Source of the DNA: Leucoraja ocellata
Lineage: Eukaryota
Length of the DNA stretch: 64,000 bases
NCBI GenBank assembly: GCA_036785375.1
Contig: JAWMAR010000471.1
Span: 620,001 to 684,000, forward strand
Direction of reading: 5' to 3'
Shown: positions 13,070 to 26,754 of the stretch, piece after piece
How the letters are laid out: each line of letters begins with the position of its first letter
Numbering within the stretch: the first letter of the stretch is position 1
Notes under the pieces: model-generated
The model's database searches: none
Told to the model about the DNA's origin: nothing
The model's input: only the letters and a program-made list of their open reading frames with translations
Position numbers and translations under genes: made by a program

Positions 13070-14912
13070 CTGTAAGAGAAAGGGAGATACTGGATCAGTC
13101 GGAATCAGGCTGCCCTCTACATCATCAGCGTATTGAGGAAACGGGAAAATGTATTTTCCCAATTAATCTTTACAATACAATACAATACAATATTCATTGT
13201 TATTTGAACCGCAGTAGGCTTAAACGAAATTCTGTTTCTACAGCCATACAAACAAAAAAACGATTCCTACTCGACGCACAACCAATTCACACAAACATCC
13301 ATCACAGTGAACCTCTTCCTCACTGTGGTGGAAGGTAAAGTATTTTCTTTCCCCAGTTCTTCATTTTTCTCCCGATGTTGAAGCCCGTTGTAATCTTAAT
13401 GCTATTGGAATGCCTAAATGGATATCAATGTGCGCTTTGGAGCTGATTATGCCAGTTGAACTCGCGAATGTTAAACAAAGGTCTTAATTGCCCGCTTCAA
13501 GGATCCAAACTGGTAAAATACCCCTAGAATGACCCACCGAGTCCACGGGGAACATCGCTCTCCCGTTCACTCGAGTTCTGTCATCACACGGTCAAGGGGC
13601 AATTTATCGTATGAAAGAATGAATAAGAACGAATTAGTTTATTAACCAAGTATTCACATACAAGGAATTTGCCTTGGTGCTCCGACCGCAAGTGACAACA
13701 TACAGTGGCCTAGGAATGACACATAAAACATTAAACATTAATATTAAAATGTATCGATTAAACATGTGAATTAAATAAAATACCAGAACAAAAGGAGGCT
13801 ACAGATTTTTGGTTATTGAGTCGTGGAAAAAAAATCTGTTTTTTTTATTTCTGGGTGTGGCAGCGTTGACAGTCCGGAGTCGCCTTCCAGAGGTAAGTGA
13901 TTCAAAGAGTCTGTGTATATCTATACACTGTAATTTGCTCGATTGCAATCATATATTGTCTTACTGCTGACTGGGTGGCATAAAAAACACAAGCTTTTCA
14001 CTATACCTCGGCACACGTGACAGTAAACAAAGTTGTAAATTGCAAACTGTAAACTGTATAATACAACTGTATAAACTGTAAACTGTATAAACTGTATAAC
14101 TGTATATGGATGAGAAGAGAATGGAGGGTTATAGTACGAGTGCAGGCAGGTGGGACTAAGGGGGAAAAAATGTTCGGCTTGGACTTGTAGGGCCGAGATG
14201 GCCTGTTTCCGTGCTGTAATTGTTATATGGTTATATGGTTATATGGTTATATGGAAGCAAAAGCATTCTGGTTTAAAAACTGCATCATATCAATCTGAAC
14301 ATTCCGTGTTGATGTTATATTCCCACATGCCTAATTATTCGTCGTGGTAAATAATTTGTTACATACCCGTGCAAAAGTAACACCAGAAAATAAACATTTA
14401 GGTAGATTAGTATGTGGGACACCGCAGCAAACGTTTGTGGATGGATAACGAGAAGTTGCATCGGTCGGACAGGATGAGCATGTGTAATTAGCTTAATATC
14501 CTCAGTCGATAATTCAATTTTAAATGATAGCAACGAGGCACGTTTCAAATTTTAAGCAGATTACTATCAGTGATGTTCTCACTTGCCCAGAGAACGTCGA
14601 TATTCCAGTCAAAAGTGCAATCAAACGTAATTTTAAACAAAAGATGAGACAAGAAATATACGCGATTTCATTGCACAGGCCAATATTATAGAACACGTTA
14701 TTTTTGAATCAATATTAACAACCTCCCCTTGCAAGTAATTTGGTCAAATTAATATTTACTTTCAATCTCACAAACAGCGGAGATCTGGGGCCGTATTTTC
14801 TTTGCACCGTAAGAAAACTGAAATAAAATGACCACCAATTAGTAATAAGCAATTGCTGCGCGGCGTGACCGACAGAGTCACTGTACGTTGTTAACAGGTA
14901 CTGGTGCCTTAC

Positions 14913-14982
14913 CTGGGACACCGAACGATGCAAGGAGAGAATAGTAAATTGCAAAGACCGGCCCATTTCCAGGAGCGTGCAT
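14913..14982 (-). CDS. GPCR 'B' exon 1 (MHAPGNGPVFAIYYSLLASFGVP)
   Basis: 70 nt, G|gtaagg donor; homologous to exon 1 of GPCR-C and GPCR-D. Confidence 0.88.
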
Positions 14983-16273
14983 TTTTCTTCTGAACGGTAG
15001 TATAATGAGATGCAATGTCAGATATCGGCGCTTCCGCACATCTTTATTCACACGATTGTATTCCCTGAAGTGGCAATTAACCTGGATTACGACAAAGTGT
15101 TGATTGCAGTATTCTGAACGAAGAGATCAAACAGCCATGATAATGCGTTTTGAAATTAAGCAGATGTAATGCATTTAAAGTGAAAGCACAAATCAGATAC
15201 AATAGAAGTTTGTTACTGGTATTGGTTTCGATAAGCCCCTGTCCCACTTAGGAAACCTGAACGGAAACCTCTGGAGACGTTTCGCCCCACCCAAAGTTCC
15301 CGTGCGGTTTCCGGAGGATCCCGGAGGTTTTTGTCAGTCTCCCTACCTGCTTCCACTACCTGCAACCTCCGGCAACCACCTGCAACCTCCGGAAACCGCA
15401 CGGAAACCTTGGTACACTAGTTCTGTAATCCCATTTTAGCACCAACTCCTTGCACCGTATGGCCTCGCTTGGAAGATGAAGCATGGCAAAAGGCCCCTCG
15501 AATGACCCAGGGACTGCACGCCGGGCATCGTTCAACCGTTCACACCAGTTATGTAATGCCATTTTAGCACCCACTCTCTACACATTGGGGGCAATTCACA
15601 CATAAGAATTAACGTGCATCCAACACGGCTTTGGATTCGAAGTGACCAATGTAATATGTTTGGCCGACTCATCGTGCAACGTGAAATTTGCCTGACCACG
15701 GAGTCCTGACGTTAGTTAAACATTATGGAGGCTTCCTTTAAAATAAGATGGACCGTTGTGACATACCAACAAGATGTCAGGTAAAGGTTGAAGGACATGT
15801 GTACTATGACCGATGATTGGGTAATGACTGACAGGGACCACTGGAATATGAACTCAGGCTGGGCGCTGCATAATGGGGAATTATATAGTTTGAAGAAGAA
15901 ATTACATGAAAAACGGTATCGTCCCAAAACGTTGCCTATTTCCTTCGCTCCATAGATGCTGCCCCATCCGCTGAGTTTCTCCAGCATTTTTGTCTACCTT
16001 TGGTGTAATTTAAATGCAGGTGTCACGTGGTGTTGTCGTGGAATTGAAAAAAGGAATGGTGGGTGTTTCACTGGGAGCAGACTCATAGGAAAATAATCCA
16101 GGCCTTCCTTGTGTCTTTTACCAGTGTCTGTTCCTGATCTATTGCTGAAAGAGATGACAGGTTAAACTAAGCACTTCCGCCTGCACGTGTCCAAATCCCT
16201 GCATGTTCAGGTGCCTATCTAAAAGGCTCTTCAATGCCACTATTGTATCTGCCCCAGCGCTACCCTCAACTGT

Positions 16274-16500
16274 GGGACAACAGATGGCGCAATGGGCTAA
16301 GTGTTCGGCTGGCGACCAGAAGGTAGCCGGTTCGAATCCCGCTTGGAGTGCATACTGTCGTTGTGTCCTTGGGGCAAGACACTTCACCCACCTTTGCCTG
16401 TGTGTAAATGTAATGTAATTATGTGAAGCACTTTGGGGTCAATGCAAGTTGACTAAAAATGTGCTATATAAATAAGATTATTATTATTATTATATTATTA
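16274..16500 (+). mobile_element. tRNA-derived SINE
   Basis: A box TGGCGCAATGG, B box GGTTCGAATCC, (ATT)n tail, flanked by AACTGTG. Confidence 0.75.
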
Positions 16501-17107
16501 ACTGTGATCAGCCATGATCACTATGAATGGCCGTGCTGGTCAAAGGGCCAAATAGCTTCTTTCTGCGCATATATTCTATGTTCCCCTGTTTCTATGTGCG
16601 TTCCAGGGCCCTACCACTCCGTGTAAAAAATAAAATAAAAATCCACCGATTCACTTTTAACCGGAATGTTCAGCAAGTGTAATGCAAACATTTTCTGTTT
16701 GGTATTGCAGCAGTCAGAGAGATATGAATCGTGCTTTCGGCAATCACAGCGTATCCCTCAATTAATGTGGACTTATTCTAGACATACAATTTTAGTAACG
16801 GCTGTGATATAGGCAGAGATCCAGCCTGGTGCTATGGCTGGTGTTGCAATATCAGAAGAGATGTACAGCGTACAGGATACAGTTTGGTTTGAAGTAGAGG
16901 TCTGAAGTAGTGCTCGTTTTAAGTGCCTTCAATATGATCAATTCATTGAAGCAAGAATGCTGGAGAAACTCACCGGGTAAGGCAGCATCTGTGGAGCGAA
17001 GCAATAGACGACGTTTCTGGTCGAGACCCTTCTTCAGAAAGGTCTTCTTCAGGAGAAGGGTTTATTCTTCAGAAGAAGGGTCTCGACCCGACCCGCTGCC
17101 TCGCCAG

Positions 17108-17772
17108 ATAGAAGCAAATGGCATGTTAGCATTTATAGCAAAAGGATTTGGGTATACGAGCAGGGAGGTTCTACTGCAGTTGTCCAGGTCTTGGTGAGAC
17201 CACACCTGGAGTATTGCGCACAGTTTTGTTCTCCTAATCTGAGGAAAGATATTCTTGCCATAGAGAGAGTACAGTGAAGGTTCACCCGACTGATTCCTGG
17301 GATGGCAGGACTTTCATATGAAGAAAGGCTGGATAGACTCGGCTTGTACACGCTAGAATTCAGAAGGTTGAGGAGGGATCTTATAGAAACTTATAAAATT
17401 CTTAAGGGGTTGGACAGGTTAGATGCAGGATGATTATTCCCGATGTTGGGGAAGTCCAGAACTAGGGGCCACAGTTTAAGGATAAGAGGGACGTATTTTA
17501 GTACCGAGATGAGAATATCATTTTTTTACACAGAGAGTGGTGAATCTGTGGAATTCTCTGGCACAGAAGGTAGTTGAGGCCAGTTCATTGGCTATATTTA
17601 AGAGATAGTTAGATGTGGCCCTTGTGTCTAAAGGGATCAGGGGGTATGGAGAGAAGGCAGGGATGGGATACTGAGTCGGATGATTAGCCACGATCATATC
17701 GAATGGCGTTGCAGGCTCGAAGGGCCGAATGGCCTACTCCTGCACCTATTTTCTATGTTTCTATGTTTCTAT
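17108..17772 (+). mobile_element. CR1-clade LINE 3' fragment
   Basis: RPHLEYC..FWSP region and (TTTCTATG)n tail. Confidence 0.85.
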
Positions 17773-18009
17773 GAGATTCTCCAGCATTTTTGTCTGCCTT
17801 CGATTTTTCCAGCATCTGCAGTTCTTTCTTAAACAATTCATTGAAGCATGTAAGTTTGTGAGCTAATTTGTTTTTCTCCGAGAAATGCAACTAACAATGT
17901 TAATGGTTTGAGCTATTTTTAGATTCAATGGCGTGATCTAATATAAGGAGATGTACTGCAGTATTAATTTCACAATCGACATTTTACCAGGGCGTCGTTC
18001 TAACGGATT

Positions 18010-18079
18010 ATGCACGCGCCTGGGAATGGACCTGTCTTCGCTATTTATTATTCTGCCCTTGCTGCTTTCGGCGTTCCAG
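18010..18079 (+). CDS. GPCR 'C' exon 1 (MHAPGNGPVFAIYYSALAAFGVP)
   Basis: 70 nt, G|gtgaag donor at 18080; homologous to exon 1 of B and D. Confidence 0.88.
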
Positions 18080-18225
18080 GTGAAGAGTGAAAATAGACTA
18101 AACGTGGACAAAACACGTATAACCGTTCGTTGCTGAGTATTTTGATTGTTCAATATATTTTTTCATGATTTATTTTCAGCTACCTACAGAGTGTTTCGAC
18201 GACGAAGTGTATTCCTTCGATTTTT

Positions 18226-18531
18226 AGGGCCTGTTCCACACTACAAGGTAATTCAAGAGTTCTCCCGAGATTCACCTGATTCGAACTCGGAGAATTATGG
18301 TAACAGCCGCTCGTAGGTATTCGGGGCTCTCGTGGACATTTTTCAACATGTTGAAAAATCTTCACATGTCTTCACGGGTTACCGCGTTCCCCGAGTACCT
18401 GCCGTTAGCGTTACGAGCTGCTAAGAGACGTCCCGACCTCAGACGTACCCGCTACGTACATTCTACGTACTTACAACGAGTTTGATTTTTTAAAGAGCTC
18501 TTGAATTACCTCGTTGAGTGGGACAGGCCCT
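18226..18531. mobile_element. Non-autonomous DNA transposon (MITE, PIF/Harbinger-like termini)
   Basis: Terminal inverted repeats AGGGCCTGTT/CCCAC...GTGGGACAGGCCCT; related partial copies at about 15235-15412 and 56754-57040. Confidence 0.6.
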
Positions 18532-18854
18532 TTACTATTTTAGGTCCCAATGTTAACTTCATTATATATTACTTGACCAGTTTCTCAAGGCTGATTTAAA
18601 AATATTCTCTGATGCACGCAGTTTGGTGCAAGGCACGCACTTTTCGTTCAACGTCGCGTCACATTCAAACGTTTTTACGTCTAATGTTTATTTTTAAATT
18701 ACTTTTATCCTGTATATTTTCTTTGGCGACACAAGGGGCTGTAAATACTGGAATCTTGCAGCAAAACATAAAGTACCGGAGTGATTTAGCTAGGCGGCAG
18801 CATCTGTGGAGGTAATGAATGGGCAACGTATCTGAACCCTTGTATCGACCATGA

Positions 18855-19308
18855 GACCTGGGATGTCAGCACTTTCATATGAAGAAAGACTGGATAGACT
18901 CGGCTTGTAGTCGCTAGAACTTAGAAGGTTGAGGGAGGATCTTATAGAAACTTACAAAATTCTAACGGGGTTAGACAAGCTAGATGCAGGAAGATTGTTC
19001 GCGATGTTGGGAAGTCCAGAACAAGGGGTCACAGTTGAAGGATAAGGGGGAATCTTTTAGGACCGAGATGAGAAAAACATTTTTTACACAGAGAGTGGTG
19101 AATCTGTGGAATTCTCTGTTGAAGCGAGTTAATTGGCTATATTTAAGAGGGAGTTAGATGTGGCCCTTGTGGCTAAAGGTTTCAGGGGGTATGGAGAGAA
19201 GGCAGGTACAAGATACTGAGTTGGATGATCAGCCATGATCATATTGAATGTCGGTGCAGGCTCGAAGGGCCGAGTGGCCTACTCCTGCACATATTTTATG
19301 TTTCTACG
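18855..19308 (+). mobile_element. CR1-clade LINE 3' fragment
   Basis: Same family as 17108-17772. Confidence 0.8.
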
Positions 19309-20769
19309 TTAAGAGACTTCTCCCAGTAAGCTTCGTGGGGTGGGGTTAGGGATGCGATAAGCAGAACAAGGGCACAGAGGACACATGGGTGAGTGATCCA
19401 CCGCGACAGCATGGGGAGCTACGTTTACTGAATAAAGGACATTCTGGATAATCTGAAGTGAAATGCTTCGGCGTGGAAGCAGATGCGGCGGTATTCGAGA
19501 GCAAGGGGTGACATTCTTGCAAGTGGCAGGACAGGAGGAAGGTCTGAAGATGGGCCCCGACCCAAAATGTCGCCGATACGTTCTCCCTTACTCACCAAAG
19601 ATTATTGCCCGACCCGCTGTGTTACTCCAGCACTTTTTGTTTTCTAGTGTATTTCTTTCATTTTGTACTTTGATTAAAATATGATAACTATCACAGATAT
19701 TGTGACTGTCTAATGTAAACCATAAATGCGGCATCGTATTGATACATTTCGTATCCAGAGCAGATTGGAATTCTATTTCACCAAGCTCTCCGACTTGTTG
19801 GTCATCACAACTTTTTTTTGAATTGTAGTTCTTATTGTAATCAATAAATTTTCAGGCGCTTTATTGTCACGAGCCCAGTACCTATCTTATGCATAGCGAC
19901 GTAATTACACGAACTGAACTCTGAAATCGGTGCCTTAATGCAGAAAGTCATGATCTTTATTTCGGCCATGAATCCTATCCGTATACCAAATGGTTTTGTA
20001 GTGGTTTGTTAACTCGCTTTAGTAACGATATTAACCCACCCTCCCCCCTTGGGAACTTCTACTGGCAAAGGATGTCGTGTTTGAAATTGGAAGTTGAGAG
20101 GCTGCAATTTTCCACTCAGAAACTGGCTGGAATTATAAAGTATGGTAACATTGAACTATTGTGAACGGGTGGTTGGCGTGATTGGTGGGATGAACGGGCT
20201 CTTTCCACGTTGTAGCTCTGATATATACTGGACGACGAAACATGAGATAGAAAATGTCTTGAAACATTTGCCAACGTTCATGTTTGCGAGACCTCTTGGG
20301 CCACCGCCACGCCCTTCATCGAAGGAGTCGTTACGATGAAGCTCTGTCAGATTTATCCGCGACACCCCATCACTGGTGGTAGTTTCTTACAAGAAAAAAA
20401 ATCTATCTTCATTATGTGTTTCCATGTAAACTGGTTACATTCCATGGACTGTCTGCTGATGTATTAAATTATTCTTACACGATATGCGAAAATGGGCCTC
20501 GTATCACACGCATGAAGAGAATTAGTTGATTATACGCGCGAAATTGGAATTATTTTTATGTCGTTTGTGTGCAGCTCAAGTCAATGGGCGAATTTAAGAC
20601 GGAAGTCGACACAATCCGGAATAGTAAGTGTGCCAAGGGTTATGGGGAGAAGGCAGGTGAATGAGTTTGAGCAGTAAAGATAGATCAGCCACGATTCAAT
20701 GGTCGAATAGACAGGATCTGACAGCAATATTAGAATTCGTTGCATTTTCTAGCCGCGAAGCTAATTATT

Positions 20770-21230
20770 AATTAGCTTACAGAGAAAGATTGAACAAGTT
20801 AGGTCTTTATTCTCTGGAGCGCAGGAGGCTAAGGGGGACTTGATAGAGGTATTTAACATGATGAGAAGGATAGACAGAGTTGACGTGGATAAGCTTTTCC
20901 CATTGAGAGTAGGGGAGATTCAAACAAGAGGACATGTTTGAGAAATAAGGGATAGAAGTTTAGGGGTAACATGAGGGGGAACTTCTTTACTCGGAGCGTG
21001 GTAGCTGTGAGGAATGAGCTTCCAGTGGAAGTGGTGGAGGCAGTTTCGATTTTATCATTTACAAATAAATTGGATAGGTATATGGACGGGAAAGGAATGG
21101 AGGGTTATGGTCTGAATGCAGGTAGATGGGACTAGGGCAAAATAAGTGTTCGGCACGGGCTAGAAGGGCCGAGATGGCCTGTTTCCGTGCTGTAATTGTT
21201 ATACGTTACATGTTACATGTTATATGTTAT
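20770..21230 (+). mobile_element. CR1-clade LINE 3' fragment (second subfamily)
   Basis: LSYRERLNKLGLYSLERRRLRG; GTTATAT-type tail. Confidence 0.8.
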
Positions 21231-21263
21231 ATTAATATCCCGGTCTCTCCCTCTGTTCTGCAG

Positions 21264-22171
21264 CGAATTTGGTGACGATTGCGATTCTATCCAGAGGAAG
21301 ATGCGGCCTCTCCAAATGTATCACTCGCTACCTGGTATACATGGCGGTGATGGACTTCCTGGTCATCATCACCGCCGTGATCTTAAGCCGGCTTCGGGCT
21401 ATTTATTTCCCGAACACAGTCCTGTCTACCATTCCGACCTGCAAGGTCCTTATTGTCCTCAGCTGGATTTCAAAAGATGCTTCCGTCTGGTTGACGGTCG
21501 CTTTCACGTTCGATCGGTTCATCGCCATTTGCTGTCAGAAACTGAAACTAATATATTGCACCGAGAAAATCGCGGCGGGTGTTATTGCAACGGTCTGCGC
21601 GTTAGGCTGTTTGAAGAACGCCCCATTCTATTTTATATATGATCCAGTCTACATAATTGATAATGTACCCTGGTTCTGCACCATAAAAGATTCGTACTAC
21701 ACTTCAATTGCATGGATAGTGTACGATTGTCTACACCGCGTTTTGAACCCATGTCTCCCGTTCCTACTAATTCTGTTGCTCAATGTTGTGACGGTCAGAC
21801 ACATTCTAGCTGCCAGTGCAGCCCGGAAGAGGCTCCGGGCCCAGACCAACGGTGGAAAACAAAGTGACCCGGAAATGGAGAGTCGGCGGAAGTCGATCAT
21901 TCTACTCATGGCGATCTCGGGCAGTTTTATGCTGTTGCGATTGACCTACGTCGCAAACTTCCTCTTTGTGCAAATTACAAGCAGCGGTTATGCAACCCGT
22001 TCCAATTCCAACGACCCCAGGTTTATTCTCCAAGAAAGCGGATACATGCTGGAGATACTAAGTTCTTGCACCAACTCGTGCATTTACGGGGGGACACAGA
22101 CTAAGTTTAGAGAGCAGCTGCAGGAAGTGGTTAAGTATCCTTTCTATCTAATTCGCAAGCGGTTCAAATAG
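21264..22171 (+). CDS. GPR139/GPR142-like GPCR 'C', exon 2 (intact; 325 aa spliced)
   Basis: Acceptor ctctgttctgcag ending at 21263; open frame with CGLSKC, SVWLTVAFTFDRF, PWFC (ECL2 Cys), DPEMESRRKS and SSCTNSCIY motifs. Confidence 0.93.
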
Positions 22172-22458
22172 ACTGAAAGCATTTACCTCTACAACAACAA
22201 TGAGGATTGTAAGTGAAACGGAGCTTGAGAGCTATAGTCTATTTTCCATCCTTACTGTTAATGTGAGCTGCTGATGTATGCTATGTAACTCGCTCTCGCG
22301 GGCACACCAATGCAAGTTTACATCTCCGGGTCTAAACATCTGAAATAAAAGCATATACAATTCGAAGTTTCTTTCCTGTTCATGCGGTTACGTGGGTATT
22401 CAGATGCCAAGTTAAAGTCATATCATCTCTCTCCGTGTGATTCATATCCCTACTTTCC

Positions 22459-22995
22459 TAGAAACATAGAAACATAGGAAATAGGTGCAGGAGTATGCTA
22501 TTCGGTAGTTCGAGCCTACACCGCCATTCAATATGATCATGGCTGATCATCCAATTCAGTATCCCGTACCTGCCTTCTCTCCATATCCCTTGATCCCTCT
22601 AGCCCCAAGGGCCGCATCAAACTCCTTCTTAAATATAGCCGATAAACTACCTTCTGTGGCAGAGAGTTCCAGAGATTCACCACTCTCTGCGTGAATTTTT
22701 TTTTTCTCATCTCGGTTCTAAAGGATTTCCCCCCTATCCTTAAGCTGTGACCCCTTGTCCTGGACTTCCCCAACATCGGGAGCAATCTTCCTGCATCTGG
22801 CCTGTCCAATCCTTTAAGAATTTTGTAACTTTCTATAAGATCCCCCCTCAATCTCCTAGATTCTAGCGAGTACAAGCCGAGTCTTTCCAGTCTTTCTTCA
22901 TACGAAAGTCCTGAAATCCCAGGAATCAGTCTGGCAAACCTTCTCTGCACGCCCTCTATGGCAATAATGTCCTTCCTCAGATTTGCAAACCATAT
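22459..22995 (-). mobile_element. CR1-clade LINE 3' fragment
   Basis: ORF 22537-22950 QRRFARLIPG...FTQRVVNLWNSLP. Confidence 0.85.
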
Positions 22996-25826
22996 CCATT
23001 CCCCTGCATATCCACGTGTCTATTTGCAACCATCTTGTACGTCACTATCCGATTTGTCTCGAACAGCCCATTGGCAGCGCGTTCCAGGCACCCACCGTCC
23101 TCTGTATTAAAACCCCCCATCTCTGATAAATATTGTCCCTCCCATCCTCAAGCTGTGCTGTATAGCCGTTAACATTTACACCCGGGGAAAAAGGTTCTGA
23201 CTGTCAGCCCTTTCTACTCCTATCAGGTCTCTCCTGAGCCACCGACGTTCAAGAGATGCCAATCCAAGTTGGTCCAATCTACTCTTGTAGCTAAAACCCT
23301 CTAGTCCATTCTTGCAAACGTCACCTGCACCCACTCTTAAGCCTCCCTCTCTTTCCTGAAATGGGGCGGCCTGCACTGCACGCAATACCCCAACATAGAC
23401 ACAACAAGCGGCACAAGCAGAAACACTGGAGAGAAGGAATGGGTGACGTTTCGAGACCCTTCTTCAGACATGACTTGCAATTTTTTATACTCAATGCCCA
23501 GACCGTTGAAGGAATTCATGCTCTGCTTGTAACAGTCATAAATTGACCTGCTGGTTATATCTGATTTTCTGTTTGATTTTGTTATTTTCTGAATCTGTGG
23601 TTATTCGCTTTATAACGCGAAAAATGATTGTGTAGAGTGCGTGAGCAATATGTATTGTGTGAGACATTACCCAGTGTAATATGCACTCTGTCAACGTCTA
23701 CTACTGCAGAAAGTGAGATCGACCCGTCCGCATTTACCTCAGCATTCAAACCTGATACATTTCCTCCAAGTCACTGGAAGTGTACAACATAACATACGTC
23801 GAGACGTAGCCCACAGGGCTGGGCCTGGGACTGGAGACATGTAACCACACGTTTGACATAACATTGTAAGTGATGAAATCGTTTATTATAATAATAATCT
23901 GACCTGCTCCGCCTGGGTCGGCAGAACATGCGGCCGGTCCCTGGGTCGACGGAACCCGCGGCTGGGGCCTGGGTCGGCGCCACGGAGGCGTCAGGAGGAG
24001 ACCCGGTGGCAACAGTCGAGAGGTCGGTGCGACGTTCGACGAGGGCGCCGGCCTGTGCACGAGGATGGACCACGTGGGAATGTGGACGATGTTGCTTGGG
24101 GGATGACGAAGGAGGACCCGGCGTGGCAGGACCGCCGTGAAGCGGGGGGGGGGGGGGGGGGGGCGGGGGAGAACATTGAAGGACCCGGCGTGTGGGTGTG
24201 TGTGAGTGGGGGGGGGGGTTGTGGGAGAACAAAGGAGGACCTGGCGTAGATGTAACTTTGTCGGCGTCTCTTTACGTGGCGACTATTGCATACCTTTTCA
24301 CCGTGACTTGGCACATGACAACAAAGTATTGATTGAGTGATCGATCGTCGATTGATTGATCGATTGGTCGATTGATCGATTCAATCATTCAAATAAAAGG
24401 AACGGAAATGTAAATAGCATGATCTACGATCCCAGGAGAAACGTCAGAGAGCTTTGTTGAATATCTATCCGCGCAGCGTTTGGAAAACATTGCACACATC
24501 CGTAAAATTCAGGCTGCATTTAAAATGATTTGATGTGTAGGAAGGAACTGCAGATGCTGGTTTAATTCGAAGCCAGAAACAAAATGCCGGAGTACCTCAC
24601 CAGGACATGCAGCATCTCTGCAGAGAAAATTTTATATTTTTGATTTGAGAATAATACCAGTGTAGTACAGGGGAAAGAGCAGCTTGAATATGTCCCAATG
24701 GAAAGAGAGTGGAATAGGTTTACGAGGATGTTGCAAGGACTCGAGGGCATGAGCTACAGGGAGAGATTGGGGAGGCTGCGACTTTACACGATGCAGTGCA
24801 GGCGGCTGAGTGTTGACCCAAAAGTGATGTACAAAATCACGAGTGGAAGGGACAGGGAGAATCGACAAAGCTTCACGGGGTAGGGGAATCAAAACAAGGA
24901 GGGATAGTTTTAGGGTGAGATTTAATAGGAAGTTGAGTGGCATTTTTGCTCCCAGATTGTGGTGGGCTTATGGACCGACCTGCCAGGGTGGGAGGTCGTG
25001 GAGGCAACGACTACAACATTTCAAACGGATTTGGACAATGGGATGCACAGGAAAGGATACGGGGGAAAACAGGCAAATGCGACTATCTTACAAGGGGTAT
25101 CTTTGTCGACTTGGGCTAACTGGGCCGAAGGGATTATACCGGCTGGTGTGGCTCTGATGCATTTGCGCCTACAACATGTTTTAACCATGCTACTCGTGGG
25201 ATATTATTGTGCAAGAGTAAACACATGAGATCGACAATAATGCATATAATGGCAGTTTTACGACATTCTCAAACTTCGATAGCCAATACTCCTCGGCAAT
25301 GGTTGGGAGGTATACTTTACGCACTCACGACACACTTAAATAGTAAAAACGAATCTTCCAAACGTTATTTCTTGATTAATTAGACTTGTATTGAAGTAGT
25401 CCATAGCAAATAAATAATCCGTCACTTTCCGTTCTAAATCGCTGTTCCATTCATGTCACATAAATCATATGAAATGTCTTCCTATAAAAATATGTAGTCT
25501 CATCCACTTGTACGTGTCGTGAGCATGTCATGAGTGTGTGGTAAAAACACTGTATTCTCACCATGTTGTCCCCAGGCCGCGCAGTCATTATTATGAGTCA
25601 TAGACCCGCGCAGCTCAGTAGCGTGGCCCTTCTCCAATCCGTTTCATGTTGTGACCGCCCCGCCCACTTCGCGTTTGGTTCATTCGCATTGGCAGCATTG
25701 CTTCCATTCATCTTTGCGAGCCGGCTGCAGCCGGTCGGAGCTGGTTGAGTTAGCTGGTTCTACAGTTAGCATATTTGGTCCGACCGTGCGTTTCACAGAT
25801 TGTTTGCTTACAGAATCTTGCCCATT

Positions 25827-25872
25827 ATGTGCGAGCACCGCCTCCCGATCTTTGTTCTCATGTCTCTTCTCA
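25827..25872 (+). CDS. TCR V1 leader exon (MCEHRLPIFVLMSLL)
   Basis: 46 nt hydrophobic signal peptide, A|gtaagg donor, phase 1 compatible with V exon at 26000. Confidence 0.8.
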
Positions 25873-25999
25873 GTAAGGATTTTCACCCAGTAAAAATCCC
25901 GTCTTCCCACGAATGCTATCGCCTGATTTCTGCCGATGTAAAGATAATGCTGATGCCGCTTCAATCATGTTGATTCTGACAATTTCTATTTTCTCTTAG

Positions 26000-26303
26000 A
26001 CTGGAGCCATCAAAATGCGGTGGAACAGACCGAAGCAGAAACCACGTTTGCAGAGGGAACGGATGTAACACTCAAGTGCCTGCTGAAAACCAGCGATTCC
26101 CTCCCATTTGTTTACTGGTACAAGCAGTGCCTTGGACATTCTCCGCAGTACCTGATTCAGGTTATAGGATATAACGTATACAGGGCGAAGGGCATCACAG
26201 ATCGATACTCTGCTACATTCAATACAACTACAAAGACGGGCGAGTTCGTGATACGTGACGGCGTGTTCTCCGATTCCGCCCTGTACATATGTGCTATGCG
26301 ATA
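26000..26303 (+). CDS. TCR alpha/delta-type V segment V1 (family I), V exon
   Basis: Acceptor ttctcttag; Ig V-set motifs VEQ...VTLKC...VYWYKQ...DSALYICAM; followed directly by a 23-RSS. Confidence 0.92.
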
Positions 26304-26342
26304 CACACTGGTGCAAATGTGCCGCGGGCTCGAACAAAATCC
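26304..26342 (+). other. 23-RSS of V1
   Basis: CACACTG + 23 bp + ACAAAATCC. Confidence 0.9.
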
Positions 26343-26367
26343 CACCTTCGGTCTTTGTCATAATCGA

Positions 26368-26381
26368 TCGCTAGAGGGCGC
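26368..26381 (+). promoter_or_regulatory. CTCF-like motif downstream of V1 RSS
   Basis: TCGCTAGAGGGCGC vs core consensus CCASYAGRKGGCRS; 25 bp after the nonamer. Confidence 0.55.
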
Positions 26382-26754
26382 ACTTAGTCATAAAACAGAA
26401 AGGGCTGCCTCAATAAAAGATAGCTCTAGACATTCGATTTTAGACCTTAGAGATACTACGCGGAAATGGATCCTTAAGAACACCGATTACCCGCGGATCA
26501 TCCCACACAGTAACACTATTCTGCACACCAGGGACAATTACAACTACTGGGACTGAACAATGGCGCTCCTTATACGACTGGTTTACACTTGGACTGCATC
26601 TGAGATGGTTCTCTGATATGTATCTAAGCGCTCATGTGCATTGAACGGCATATTAAAATGTATTTCACTGTACCTCGGCACACGTGACAAGTAAATACCA
26701 TACCACACCAATTTACAATGTTTAGCGAAGCCAATTAATCTAAAACCCTGTGGC

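Noticed and set aside
16274-16350. tRNA gene
   Set aside because: A and B boxes continue into a SINE body with a microsatellite tail; no complete cloverleaf.
26304-26556. C-terminal extensions of V ORFs (V1, V2, V5) as secreted single-domain proteins
   Set aside because: Read-through across the RSS into unconserved flanks.
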